From the human T2T-CHM13v2.0 reference genome, Homo sapiens: a DNA stretch of 64,000 nt. Positions 13,961 through 26,400 of the stretch are shown here, one piece after another (positions within the stretch are counted from its first letter, which is position 1; each line of letters opens with the position of its first letter). Below the pieces are notes generated by a model that made no database searches, was not told where the DNA came from, and saw nothing but the letters and a program-made list of their open reading frames with translations. The DNA is taken from positions 8,448,001-8,512,000 of the forward strand of contig CP086569.2 in the NCBI GenBank assembly GCA_009914755.4. Direction: 5' to 3'. Made by a program: the position numbers and the translations under genes.

Positions 13961-16900
13961 GGGAACAGGAGTTATCATGACCCTTGCAGTCCCCAGGGAA
14001 GAAGAATGGAGACTTTTTCTAACCAACCTAGGCCAAGAGATAAAAACAGCTCTAGCTAAGTGATGGCTCCAAGTATGGGCAGAGGATAATCCTCTGGGAC
14101 TGATGGTCAACAAAGCCTCCATACTCATAAAAGTTAAGCCCAACCAATTCTACAAAAGCAGTATCTGGTTCCCAGAGAAGCTCTCAAAGGAATCCAGGTT
14201 CATCTCCGGTACTTGATAGCCTATGGAATTATAGTTCCTTGCCAGTCTCCATGGAACAAACCCCTCCTGCCTGTCCCTGAGACTGCCAGCCAGTACAGCA
14301 CTTGCGCTTGGTCAACCAAGCTACAGTGACTCTGCACCCAACAGTTCCTAACCTTTACACATTTTTAGGGCTGCTGCTGGCTGAGGACAGCTGGTTTACC
14401 TGTCTGGAGTTAAAAGATGTCTTCTTTAGCATCAGACTAGATCCTGAGAGCCAGAACCTCTTTGCCTTTCAGTAGGAATACCTGGAAGCAGGTGTCACTA
14501 CTTAGTACACTTGGACCCTGCTTCCACCAAGGGTTCAAGAACTCCACTACTATCTTTGGGGAGGCCCTGGTTTGAAACCTGCAAAAGTTTCCTCCTGAAG
14601 ACCTAGGCTGCATCTTGATCCTGTACGTGGACAACCATCTGCTGGGTCACTCCATGGAGTCGGGTGTGCAAAAGGGAAGAGTGTCCTGCTTTGGCACCTT
14701 TAGGACCATGGGTATAAGGTTTCCAAGAAGAAATCTCAGATCTGCAGACAGCAGGTATGCTACCTGGGATTCACTATTCAGAAAGAGGAGCGCGGCCTGG
14801 TGTCAGAAAAAAGCAGGTCATATACAGCCTACCAGAACCTAGAACCAGAAGACAAGTAAAGGAATTCCTAGGAGCTGTGGGGTTTTGCAGATTATGGATT
14901 CCTAACTTTGCAGTACTAGAAAAACCTTTGTACAGGGTTACACAGGGGGGTGACTGGGTGCTTTTTGAATGGAGGCCTCTACAATAGCAAGACTTTTGTA
15001 AGTTAAAGGAAAAATTTATGTCGACCCCCGCCATAGGACTACCAGATTTGACAAAGCCCTTTGCATTCTATGTGTCAGAAAGAGAAAAAATGGCAGTTGG
15101 AGTTTTAACTCAGACTGTGGGGCCCTGGCCAAGGCCAGTAGTCTACCTCTCAAAACAACTAGATGGGGTTTCCAAAGGCTGGCCACCATGTCTAAGGGCC
15201 CTGGCAGCAACAGCCCTGTTAGCACAAGAAGCAAATAAAATTGCCGTTGGGCAAAACCTGAATGAAAAGGCCCCCCATCTGTGGTAACTTTGATGAACAC
15301 GAAAGTACATCATTGGCTAAAAAATGCTCTATTAACCAAGTACCAAAACTTGCTATGTGAAAATCTGCACATAGATATTGAAATCTGTAACACCCTAAAT
15401 CCTGCCACCAGGCTTCCAGTATCAGAGAGACTGATTGCATATAACTGTGTAGAGGTGTTGGACTCAGTCAATTCTAGCAGATCTGACCTTCGGGACAAGC
15501 CATGGGCATCAGTAGACTGGGAGTTATACATGGAGGGGACCAGCTTTATCAATCCACAAGGATAAAGATGTGCATGATATGTGGTGGTAACATTGGACAC
15601 TGTCGTTGAAGCCAAACCATTTCCACAGGACACTTCAGCCCAGAAGGCTGAACTCATTGCTTAAATAACTTGGGCTCTGGAACTCAGTGAAGGTAAGACT
15701 GTAAACAGCTACACTGACTCTTGATACACCTTTCTAACCCTCCATGTGCATAGAGCATTATGTAAGGAAAAGTGCCGTTAAACTTTGAGGGAAAGAACAT
15801 AAAATATCAACAAGAAATTCTAAAATTATTAGAGGCAGTGTGGAAACCTCAGAAGGTGGCAGTCTTGCACTGCAGTGGACACCAGTGATCCTCCACCTCA
15901 GTGGCCTTAGGATACCCTTGAGCTGATTCAGAAGCTCAAAAAGCAGCATCTACTTCTTACTGGGCATCAGTAGCTATCCCCTTACTCCCTCAAATCCCTG
16001 ACTTGGTATCTGCCTATTCTAAGGTAGAAAAAGACTTCTTCCATGCAGAAGTGGGGCAAGTAATAAAAGGAGGATGGATCAGACTGCCAGATTTGAGGGT
16101 AGCTCTGCCACAGTTGCTGGGAGTCACAGTCGTATTGAACATGCACAAAACACTCATCTAGGACAAGAGTCACTTGAGGAATTGTTAGGCCAGTATTTCT
16201 ACATCTCACACTTGCCAGCACTTGCCAAAGCAGTAGCACGATGGTGTGTTACTTGCCAACAGCCAATGCGAGGCAAGGCCCCACAGTTCCACCATTCATA
16301 CAAGCTTATGGAGCGGCTCCTTTTGAGGATATTCAGGGGGATTTCACAGAAATGCTGCAATGTAGAGGTAACAAGTATTTGCGGGTTCTTCTGTGTACTT
16401 ACACTGGGTGGGTGGAGGCTTATCCAACAAGAACTGAAGAGGCCTACGAGGTAAAACATCTGCTTCTCTGAAATCTTATTCCTAGGTTTGGACTGCCCTT
16501 ATGAATCAGCTCAAATAACTGGCTGGCGTTTTTGCCTGACTTGGTACAGAAGACAGCAAAGGCATTAGGACTCACTTGGAAGCTACATGCTGTTTATGGA
16601 CCTCAGAGTTCTGGAAAGGTGGAGCGAATGAATCAGACTATCAAAAATTGTTTAGGGAAAGTAAGTCAGGAAACAGGATTCAAGTGGATACAAGCCCTTC
16701 CTATGGTATTGTTTAAAATTAGATGCACTTCTTCTAAGAAAACAGGATAATGTCCTTATGAAATACTGTACCATAGGCCTCCTCCTATACTATGGGAGCT
16801 TCCAGGCACTCCCAGAGAGTTAGGTGAAATTGAATTACAGCGACAACTACAGGCTTTAGGAAAAATTACACAAACAATCTCAACTTGGGTAAATGAGAGG

Positions 16901-17150
16901 TGTCCCATCAGCTTATTCTGCCCAGTTCACCCTTTCTCTCCAGGTGATTGCTTGTGGACCAAGGACTGGAACGTAGCCCCTTTGGGGCCACGGTGGAAAG
17001 GACCTCAGATCATCATCCTGACCACCCCCATGGCTGTAAACGTAGAAGGAATCCCAGCCTGGATCCACCACAGCTGTGTGAAACCTGCAGCCAGTGAAAC
17101 CTGGGAGGCAAAACCGAGCCCAGACAACCCAGCAAAGCGACTCTGAGGAC
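13961..17150 (+). pseudogene. pol: pol: reverse transcriptase, RNase H, integrase, heavily disrupted
   Basis: RT: LYVDNH (14621-14638, catalytic YVDD mutated), then ..RTRRQVKEFLGAVGFCRLWIPNFAVLEKPLY.. and ..GLPDLTKPFAFYVSEREKMAVGVLTQTVGPWPRPVVYLSKQLDGVSKGWPPCLRALAATALL.., both parallel to MLV RT. Integrase: ..WCVTCQQ.. zinc-binding region, ..LLCTYTGWVEAYPTRTEEAYEV.., ..ALGLTWKLHAVYGPQSSGKVERMNQTIK.., and the C-terminal ..WKGPQIIILTTPMAVNVEGIPAWIHHSCVKPA. Frames switch repeatedly. Confidence 0.85.
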
Positions 17151-17206
17151 AATAAGACCTGTTCCAGTCACACCCAGAAGCTGACTGTTTTATGAATGTC
17201 TGAAGC

Positions 17207-19255
17207 ATGAGAACAATCATCATGGGACTCATTTTCCTTATAATTTGGACTTGTGTAGTAAAAACTTCCACTGTTTTTCCCCACATGGAGGACAGCTGTC
17301 AGTGTATATATCAGGTTACCAAGTTAGGGCAACAAGTTAAAACAATATTTCTGTTCTATAGTTACTATGAATGCCTAGGAACTTTAAAAGGAAAATGTTT
17401 ATATAATGACACTCAGTACAAGGTATGTAGCCCAGGAAATGACTGATCAGATGTGTGTTAGGACCCCTCTGAGCCTCCCATGTCCACAGTTTTTGAAATA
17501 AGATTAAGGACTGAAGACTGGTGGGGACTCATAAATGATACAAGTTAAGTATTAGCCAATAAAGAAGAAAAAGAGGAGCCTGAAAGGATAATCTTGAAAT
17601 TTGATCCCTGTGCTGTCATTAATAGCAATAAGTTAGAAAGGGGATTGGCTCTTTTTGTTGGAAAAAAGGCTATATGACCAAAAATAAGTACATTTGTCAT
17701 GATTTAGGACTCTGTGGAAATGAATGTGGATACTGCTCTTGTTTCATGTGGACCACTTGGATAAAAAATGAAAGGGATTCAGTCCACCTTCAGAAAGGGA
17801 AAAATGGACCTTCCTGTACCAAGGGACAATGTAACCCCTTAGAGCTAACAAAAACCAATCCCCTTGATCATCGCTGAAAAAGGGGGAGTGTGTGGCCTTA
17901 GGAATCAATGGGGCCAGACTGGATCCTCCAGTAAATATCTTGGTTCAAGGAGAAGTTTACAAGCACTCTCCTGAGCAAGTGTGTCAAACTTTCTATGATG
18001 AATTAAATGTGCCAGTACCAAAAATTCCAGGAAAAACAAGAAATTTGTTTTTGCAATTAGCCGAGCATACAGCCTAGTCTCTCAATGTCACTTCATGTTA
18101 TGTATGTGGATAAACTGTAATGGGAGATCTATGGCCACGGAAAGCCCAAGAATTAGTACATACAGACGCAATTCCTGGCTCAGAAGAATCACCCTGATAA
18201 CTCCTGGGTCATAAAAGCCTAATTATTGGATAATATTTCATAGCTAGAGAAGGAAAATAATTAACTCACCCCTTAGGACAACTTAGTTGTCTTGGAAAAA
18301 AAACTGTCAACTGGTACCACAAAAACAGTCACTTGGTAGAGTTCAAATCACACAGAGAGGAATCCATTTAGTAAATTCCCAAAGCTGCAAATTGTGTAGA
18401 CCCACCCAGAGTCCCACAGGGACTGGACAGCCCTCACTGGATTATACTGGATATGTGGGCATGTAGCTTATGCCAAATTACCTGACTGGTGGGCAGGTAG
18501 TTGTGTTATTGGCTCTATTAAACCATCTTTCTTCCTACTGCCCATAAAACCAGGTGAACTCCTGGGCTTCCCTGTCTATGCTTCCCACGAAAAGAGGAGC
18601 ATAGCTATAGGAAATTGGAAAGATGTTGAATGGCCTCCTGAGAGAATAATACAATATTATGGGCCTGCTACTTGGGCACAAGATGTCTCGTGTGAATACT
18701 GGACCCGCATTTACATGATCAACTGAATAATATGGTTACAAGATATCTTAGAAATAATCACTAATAAAACTGGCAGAGCCTTGACTATTCTGGCCTCACA
18801 AGAAACTCGAAGAGAAATGCTATCATCAAAATAGATTGGCTCTCAACTACTTGGTAGCAGCTGAAGGAAAGATCTGTGGGAAATTTAACCTTACCAATTG
18901 CTGTCTACACAAAGGTGATCAGGGGCCAGTAGTTGAAGACATAGTTAGAGATATGACAAAACTGGAACATGTGCCCATGCAAGTGTGGCATGGATTTGAT
19001 CCTGGGGCCATGTTTGGAAAATGGTTCCCAGCACTAGGAGGATTTAAAACTCTTATAATAGGAGTTACAATAGTAATAGGATCCTGCTTACTGCTCCCTT
19101 CTTTGCTATCTGTACTTCTTCAAATGATAAAAAGCTTCATCACTATCATAGTTCACCAAAATGCTTCAGCACAAGTGTACTATATGAATCACTATCAATC
19201 TGTCTTGCATGAAGACATGGGTAATGAGAATGAAAGTGAGAACTCCCACTATTGA
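17207..19255 (+). pseudogene. env: env (SU plus TM), disrupted. The last 139 codons (18836-19255) form an open TM-region ORF
   Basis: Starts MRTIIMGLIFLIIWTCVVKTS (signal-peptide-like). The TM region contains ...ALNYLVAAEGKICGKFNLTNCCLH..., the gamma-type ectodomain with CX7CC (compare syncytin ALDLLTAERGGTCLFLGEECCYY). A hydrophobic anchor follows: LIIGVTIVIGSCLLLPSLLSVLL. Many stops in SU. Confidence 0.8.
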
Positions 19256-19270
19256 GTAAGATTCTCAAAA

Positions 19271-19743
19271 TGGGTGGGGGGAATAAAGGAGGAGACCACC
19301 CCTCATATTGTCTTATGCCCAATTTCTGCCTCCAAAGAAAGAAGAAGTAAAAAATAAAGGCAGAAATAAAATCCACAAGCACACAGCCCAGCACCACACT
19401 CTGGGCCCGGTAGTTAAAGATCAACCCCTGACCTAATCAGTTATGTTATCTATAGATTATAGACATTGTATAGAAAAGCACTGTGAAAACCCCTGTCCTG
19501 TTTTGATCAGATCTAATTACCCATGCATGCACCCCCAGTCACGTACCCCCTGCTGGCTCAATCGATCATGACCCTCTCACGTGCACGCCCTTAGAGTTGT
19601 TAGCCCTTAAAAGGGACAGGAATTGCTCACTCAGGGAGCTAGCCTCTTGAGACAGGAGTTTTACTGATGCTTCTGGCTAAATAAACCACTTCCTTCTTTA
19701 ACTCGGTGTCTGAGGGGTTTTGTCTATGGCTTCTCCTGCTACA
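19271..19743 (+). repeat. 3' LTR of the class I ERV provirus
   Basis: Aligns with 10988-11486. Preceded by a purine-rich stretch (aaaatgggtggggggaataaaggaggag) that probably contains the polypurine tract. Ends ctaca. Confidence 0.85.
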
Positions 19744-22700
19744 ACATGAAAACATCATTACAACTCATAGGCAATATGAATAAATACTAAAGGCTGCAAT
19801 GAAAGATTATAAGGGAACCTGATTGCTTGGGAGTGATAATTCAGGAGAAACTTTTCTAAGGAACTGATTTAAATTATTTTTAGTTAATTTGATACTGCAG
19901 CTTTCTTCTGACCCTATCACATTGAATTACTAGTATAAATCTATTCCAGGCATCTTGATGCTGGGCTCAGTTGTGAATAGATTGATAACTCTGGATCTAT
20001 TGGTCCTTTTGTACTGATCAATGAAAATGTCACAATTCTTTGATTTACAACTTCTCATAGATCTTAGTTTTCTTCCTTCTGATTAGGCTGAACTGGTTGA
20101 TAAGCAGATTGCAGATACAATTTTATACATCCATAAATTTGGTTAATGAGAATCCCTTTCCCCCACTCTATTGTTTGATCCCTTCATAAGCATCAAATTT
20201 CCTGAGTTCTCTCACCGACTTTTCTAATATCCTTAGTCAGCAACACAATTGTCAACCTGACTAGCTCAGTGTCTGCTCCCTTGCCCAGCTGTTCTCTTAC
20301 CCTCTCTTGACATTCAAGGACAGAACTTTTACTGAGCAATCTTCCAAATGCAAGTTAAACCCCTCCACTACTGAACTTATGGAAATCAACATTGAAGAAA
20401 CAATCTACACAATTAATTTCACTCTTCTGTCAATATTACTACATAAAGAAGAAAAACAGCAACTTCTAACTATTTTAAGAAAAAATCAACAGTCCCAATG
20501 TAAGGACTGAGTGTTTTCATTAGCATGTTAAATACTTTAAAATTTCTAAAGGGTTTTATCACACATTTTCTTTTGTGCCTATTTTTCTATGTAGGGGAGT
20601 TGTGAGTATAATTTTACTGATAATAAAACCATGGCTCAGAGACGGAAATGTGTAGCCTGAGGTCAAAACCTCACCTAGTACAATCTGTTTCTACTTCTGA
20701 TTATAATGACAAAGTAGCTCACTCAATTTTGCAGCTTGTCTTATCTTGTGTTCTCTCTTCTTGTCCCTGGGAGGCTGTTTATTTGCAGTTCAACAAAGCT
20801 CCTGCAACTTTTATTTGCTTTCTCCAGTTATTCCTGCTGTTTGAGAGCTAGGTCATCAAAGCTTTGCTTGAATCCTGACACTTTAGCCATGAAAATTTTA
20901 CAATTTTCACTGCTCTACTTGGAAGCTTAACTATACTGAACTCCCATTGTTTCTGAATAGAGAAAGTGCTGCAGCAAGAACCCCATGTGTTTCAGGTGGT
21001 TTTACTGAGGAAATCTTACACACCCACAGGTTGTGACCTGTGGGAAAAACTCTCTAGCCAACTAACAGCACACGCTGGATCACTGCCTCTTAAAAACCCA
21101 TATCCTGTCCTGCCATCTGTAGGTATGGTTGTTTTAAGGATTACTCTGTGCAGAATTTTCCATATAATTCAGAAAGCCAGATTTTTTTATCTAGGTTATC
21201 ATTAGGAATTCTTTCCATTATGACTATTTTTAAAAGAATAATTTAAGAATAGCATTGCAAGCTTTTCAAATGTACAGAATGCGGTTTTCCTCCCAACTCT
21301 ATTCTAGTCACTATCAAAGACAGGGAACTGGGTCCTTCCTAAAGTCTTATATCTACCTCTGTGAACATTGAGGCAGAAAGGAAACTGGCCTCACCAGACT
21401 CTTTTTCATCCTCAATTCTACCTTTTGCTCTTTATCATTCAATAGTTTTCTCTGGTTCTTAAGCTGTCATGAAAAAGAAACTGCAGTTGCTCAAGTGCTC
21501 TTCATAAATGTTTTCTGAATTTCACTTTGAGACCTAGATGTAAGAAAACATACTCAGGCACATGTCTGCTCTTTGCCTTTCGGTAATCTGACTATATTTG
21601 AAAACGTCTTTCCTTCAGCACTGGTCTTTGCACTTTAGCTCCCACTTAGCACTCTATCCTCCCTATCACCGTCTGACCACTCTTACCATGTACGTAGGAC
21701 TCATTAAAATAGCAGTATATAAACTTCTGATTCCATTGTCTTAAAATGTCTAATATGGTTGAGAGTCAAAATGTCTGGATTTAAAACCTGGCTCTACTGC
21801 TTATGAGAAAGTTGCCACAACTCTCTGGATCTTAGTCTCTTCAACTGCAGAATGAGAAAATTGAAAGTATCTACCAACCCCGAGTTGCAATGGGAATGAA
21901 AAGTGATAAGGCATGCAAAGTGCTCAGAATAAGGTTGAGCAGGTAATAAGGATGCAATAAATGTGAACTATATTATTATCACCCCAATGTATGTTTCTGT
22001 TAGATAGAGTCAACCTTATTGATATCACAGGTCTACCATGAAAAGTAAATCATGTAGGCAGAATGCCTAGCACAGGGTCTGGTATAAAACAGACATGTGG
22101 TAAATACTCCCATTCTGCAACAAATCACTCCTCCTTTCCATGCCTCCTTGCTTAATGTGAAGAGTCGTTTTCCTCATATATTTTTTCTTTTCTGAATTGA
22201 TTATTATACTACAATTCTAAAATGAACGTTAAAGTACTGGGTTTGAATTAAGTCCAAAAATATGGGGAAAAAATGTAAAAAGAAAAATTGTCAAGTAGCA
22301 GCTGTGTTGTTAGGCAAGGAGATATTAGAGTGGTGACTCATTTATAAGAAGTTTCTTTTAACTCTACAGTGAAGTGGACATTGTAATAGCCCTTACCTTC
22401 TGGTCATAAAATACTTGAGGACTGCCAGAAAAAAACTGAAAAACTGGCTATTCTACCTGAGGTCATACTTTTTAATTGCATGAAGTCAAGTGTAATGTGT
22501 AATCACTTAACTTCTGTTCAACTGGTGCCACTTTTCAATTTGTTCTTTTTAATAGTCTCACAGACTCCTCAGCCTGGGAGAGGATAGGAAATGCCATATT
22601 CTCCTACTTGAGTTATAGTGTTTGATGGCCTCTACGTCACTCCTGCCAGGTGGTCATCCAGTCTCAGTTGATGTCTTTCAGGGTGAGGAAGCTCACAATA

Positions 22701-23109
22701 TCCAGAGAGCTGCCTAAACCAGTTTGAGAGAGATATATCTGTGAGAAAACCTTTCTTTTGATGAGCCAAAGTTTGGCTTCACATGTTCGTTGCTAACATC
22801 CTAATATTGTCTCTTCAGGCCTTATAGAACTAGTGTCCTCTTTCGTGTGAAATAATAGCCAATCTATTACTGGAAGAAAATTCTCATATCCTTCACAGAT
22901 GTTTTTGTTTCTCCACATGGATACTATTCTAAGCTAATTAACATTTTTTTTTAAATTGAAATAAGTATCCAGATAACGTAGACCCAGGGATGCATTCATT
23001 CCCGGTATTTAGTATACCCTTAAACAATTTTCAGATTTGGGAACACATTGCATGCCTCCAGATGCCACTCCATAATGATTTATTTGAGGGAATAGCAGTT
23101 GATGTTTGT

Positions 23110-23470
23110 CGTAGTTCATTCAGGCTGTTATAACAAAATACCATAAACTGGTGGCTTACAAAACAAAAACAAAAAAAACAGAAGTGCATTTCTCCTACTT
23201 CTGGAGTTTGGGAAGTTCAAGGACAAGATGACAGAGGAGGAGATATCTGGTGAGGGGCCACTTTCTGGTTCATATATGTTGCCTTCTAGCTGGGTCCTCA
23301 CATGGTAGAAGGGGAAAGACAGGTCTCTGGGGCTTATTTTGTAAGGGCACTCATCTCATTTATAAGGGCCTGACCACCCTGACCTAATCATACAGATTTT
23401 ACATTTGGATACCACCACATAAGTGATAATTTTTCAACATATAAATTTGTGAGGGGGTGGAATAAAAAGA
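23110..23470 (+). mobile_element. MLT1-type MaLR LTR (solo)
   Basis: ggtggcttacaaaacaaaaac...ctggagtttgggaagttcaaggacaagatgacagagg...ctcacatggtagaaggggaaagacaggtctctggggcttattttgtaagggcactcatctcatttataagggcctgaccaccctgacctaatcat...ttcaacatataaatttgtgagggggtgg follows the MLT1 consensus organisation, as I remember it. Confidence 0.6.
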
Positions 23471-26400
23471 ATCAGTTTATAACAGTTTTAGAAAAATATA
23501 GAATCTGTGTACAAATGTTTATTTATTCATTCATTCACCCCAAGTTGTAAATATTTGATATAATTTTTATGACATAAATGTATATTTTTCAGCATAATAT
23601 TTTACAATATTCTGTTCATATGAGCCCTCTCCCAACTTTATAGTAAAATAATCAACGTTTAATAAATGGGGGCAGAGGAGACAATTATTTTAAAAGATGG
23701 AAATAACACTGTTGCCATTACAACAATCCTTCTTTTTCCTTTGAACCACACTCTCCCTGTTCCATCAGTTTTCCTTCTTTTGCCTTTCTGGTTTTATGAT
23801 CTTCAGCATTTCCCATAGGCATTGAAGGCTCATGAGTCACAAGACAGCTTGGTGCTTGGGTCTTTTTTTCATATCCAGAATCAGTATGTCAGCTGGCACA
23901 TACTTTGACTTAGAGATTCACTTAATAACTACAGGACAGTAGAAAAATCATCCTAAGACAATGGAGAGGATAGTTATCATTACTTTGCCTTGTTCACTAG
24001 ATAAGGAAATGCAATGTGAAAGGCAGGAGAGCTCTAACATTGCTTGGTGCACCAAAGTATAAAGTTGGAACGTTACATTTATCTGGAGTAGCCATAATTT
24101 TAAACCCTTTGTGGTTTAGGTGGGATATCCAGAAAACTGATTCAATGAAAATTGTTTGTCTACCTACCTCCCATTATCTCAAGTCAAAGACCAGAAGAAA
24201 CACTTCCATGGTTGAACCACTTGGGTTTATTTTTCGCTGAAGCATGAAAGGGGAATGCATACCATAAGATGTCTTAGTAACGTATAAGAAAATAGTTTAT
24301 AGGATTTGGGTTTATGTTAGGAGACTTGAGGGAAGGTTTATGTAAGCAAGGCAGTGTCAGAAAGCAAGAGCTATTTTATGATGGGGTATTTCAATAAGTC
24401 TTATGCAGAAGGAGGGGAAAATAGAGCAAGTTTAAATTGGTAGTTGATGAAGAAGTGATCACTCACATCAGCCTAGATAGGTGGATATTTGGTCATTTTT
24501 TTCCGACTTGAACAACGTTTCTGTTATATATGGATTTAGATGTGATTATGGAGTGGTGTTGCTTTTGTCTTCATCCATCATGGTCACAGAGTGGCCTTAT
24601 TTGATGTTGCTGCTCTGTGAAATTGTTCATGTTCAACAAAAGAACACCAAGACCTTGCCATAAGTGATAGACCAGCACCTAGCAAGACCCAGGCCCAGCT
24701 GATATGACCACATCAGCTCTTTGATGTCAGGGCTGCTCTTCTTCTTCTCACTGGTGGGCAATTGTGGTGCATCAGTGAAAACATTAGGAAACAAAGCGGA
24801 TGGCAATATGTCCATTCTCATTGGGAGAAGGGGATACAAAAAACCAATAAACTTGGTAAGTAAATTATATAGTGTCTTAAATGCTATGGGAAACGATAAA
24901 AGATAATGGAACACTGCAAAAGGATAGGAATTGGAGAAGGCATAACAGAGGAAAGTTGCAGTTTTAAATAAGGCAGACCTCTCTGAGAAGGTGACATATG
25001 AGTAAATACTTGGAATGGAGGTGAGGAAGTGAGCCATGAGAACAGGGAATTCTGGTCGAATTTCAGAAAAATTACCCTAATACTGAGTATAGATGGTTAA
25101 TAATCATCTGCTTACTCTACAGGCAATTGAACCCATCCTCTGCTTCATGTCCAGTTCTTGGTTTTCCCATTGACCTCTCTGAGGCCTTTCTGCCCTACAC
25201 TAGATAGAAAGGGGTTGAGTAGAAGGCACAGACAAGTTGGGAGATGATTTCCTTTTCCTCAGAACTTCTGCTTTATGACATAAAGGTAATGAGTAAACTT
25301 CTTACCCATCTTCCTTCCCAAAGCTGCTAACATCAGTGATCTGTCCTCCATGGAAGGCAACTGCCCACCTGACTATTCCTGTTACAAGATGATTCTTGCT
25401 CCATCTTCACTGTAGCCAGGATTCTGCATATTCTCTTCTCATGGAAGGTAAAGTTGTTCAAGTTCTATCCTTACCCATTAGAACTGGAATCAGAGACATG
25501 AATCTGAGCTGTCTCCTAGGAGATTTCTTCTGTTGCTTCTGTTTCTTCAGAGCATATTTATGGCTATGAGACTTGTTTCTCTTCTAGGAAAATCTCCAAT
25601 TTCTCTTTGGTATGCATTATCGTCAATTGTCAAACTTAAAGATATAAACACAGGCCGATAATTTATCTATACTTTGATCAAGATCGCAGCTTATAAGTGA
25701 TATATCTAAGTGAGCTCAGTCTTCAAATTTCCTTAGCGATGGTCTTGTTTCTAGGTTCCAGTACATTCCTACCTGGTAGCTATGTTGAAATAAAAAATTG
25801 TTCAACAGAAATGTTAAAGGTGAAAATAATTGACACCAAGTGACATAATGTAGTACCCTTCTGTGATAAATTGAATAACACCAATTTAAATTTGTACACA
25901 TCACTACAATGAAAGTAATGGCATGGGAATCTCTTGATAACCAGCACAGCAATATGACAAAAAGTGTACTCTATAAATTTCTGTTTTAGAAAGATGTAAT
26001 TCTTGATTTGATATGTTTAATCATCAGAATGTGGGACACATTTTTATTACTGAATTATAATGACTGTAGTAACTTACATTTTTATGGGGAATTATGCCTT
26101 ACTTTTATATTTAGTTTCTCATTTGAGTCCCTTAATATCTCTGGAAGGTAGATAATGTGTGGAGTTATTGTCTTCATTTTACTGTGAAGAAAATAGGGCT
26201 CAAAGAAAACAGACTTGCAAATTTAATAAGAGCTGAATGCAGGGATGGAATCCAGTTCTCCTTAATATGAATATATCTTTCAAACAAAGGTCAACAAGTT
26301 ATTATTTCAATTTTCTATCTGTTGCTTATTACATATCTGAACTTGGACAAGTCCTATAATCTCTGAGTTTTCATTTTCTTGAGGCTAGTGGCAATGCCTA

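Larger units (their letters stand above)
10988..19743 (+). mobile_element. Near full-length class I (gamma-retrovirus-like) endogenous retrovirus provirus: 5'LTR-PBS-gag-pro-pol-env-3'LTR. Tentatively HERV-E-like from the primer-binding site
   Basis: Two co-oriented about 475-bp LTRs (10988-11486 and 19271-19743) align end to end with roughly 47 differences (about 10 percent). Between them the order is gag (MA, p12-like, CA, NC), protease DTGA, RT (YVDD degraded to YVDN), RNase H, integrase, env SU/TM. Every frame is broken by stops and frameshifts. Confidence 0.9.

Noticed and set aside
24633-25037. 134-aa minus-strand ORF in the repeat-poor interval
   Set aside because: No recognisable domain, no splice or initiation context, overlaps a + strand ORF of similar quality. 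Consistent with chance in AT-rich DNA.
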